Source: Tubiluchus corallicola (lineage: Eukaryota; Animalia; Priapulida). From it: a DNA stretch of 64,000 bases. Positions 63,851 to 64,000 of the stretch are shown piece by piece. Location: NCBI GenBank assembly GCA_030141605.1, contig JAQGDQ010000051.1:642628-706627 (forward strand), read 5' to 3'. Made by a program: the position numbers and the translations under genes. The notes under the pieces are model-generated. The model had not been told where the DNA came from, did not search any database, and saw only the letters and a program-made list of their open reading frames with translations. Numbering within the stretch: position 1 is the first letter of the stretch; the number at the start of each line of letters is the position of its first letter.

Positions 63851-64000
63851 GAAAATGTGAATGCCAGTGATTTTAGCTCTGTGAGCAATCCAGAGTTTGC
63901 TAAAACTGTTTGAAACTAGACTTCAATTTTTGTAGAAAGATACAAAAGGTGACTTGGCCCACATAACAGAAGTACTTGTACCTTTAAAAACACTACTAGA

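Noticed and set aside
63970-64000. Possible splice donor of the next upstream TMEM131 exon
   Set aside because: Only ~20 nt are visible and they show no recognisable TMEM131 similarity.

Overview
Eukaryotic, AT-rich invertebrate-like genomic DNA; no prokaryotic operons, CRISPR, rRNA or tRNA genes are evident. Bases 1-~14140 are a satellite built from a ~35-bp ancestral monomer: homogeneous higher-order repeats (826/821/691 bp) to ~8.7 kb, then a diverged layer with three orientation switches, ending at a CR1/L2-group LINE. On the minus strand, 20464-62242 carries the 3' part of TMEM131 as 12 phase-compatible GT-AG exons (~689 codons); the gene continues beyond the window. Its introns hold a decayed BEL/Pao LTR element whose 3' LTR is split by a young LINE with an intact RT frame, hAT and Tc1/mariner-pogo MITEs, a Helentron-like element, Academ-like remnants, RTE-X/L2/CR1 remnants and Penelope-like pieces. 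The most notable observations are an inverted pair of Penelope-type repeats carrying minimal hammerhead ribozymes with a compensatory U3-A8 core, a covarying 3' stem-loop shared by two LINEs, and an unexplained 87-nt four-way-junction fold. All calls were made by eye; family assignments of decayed elements and many of their boundaries are approximate.
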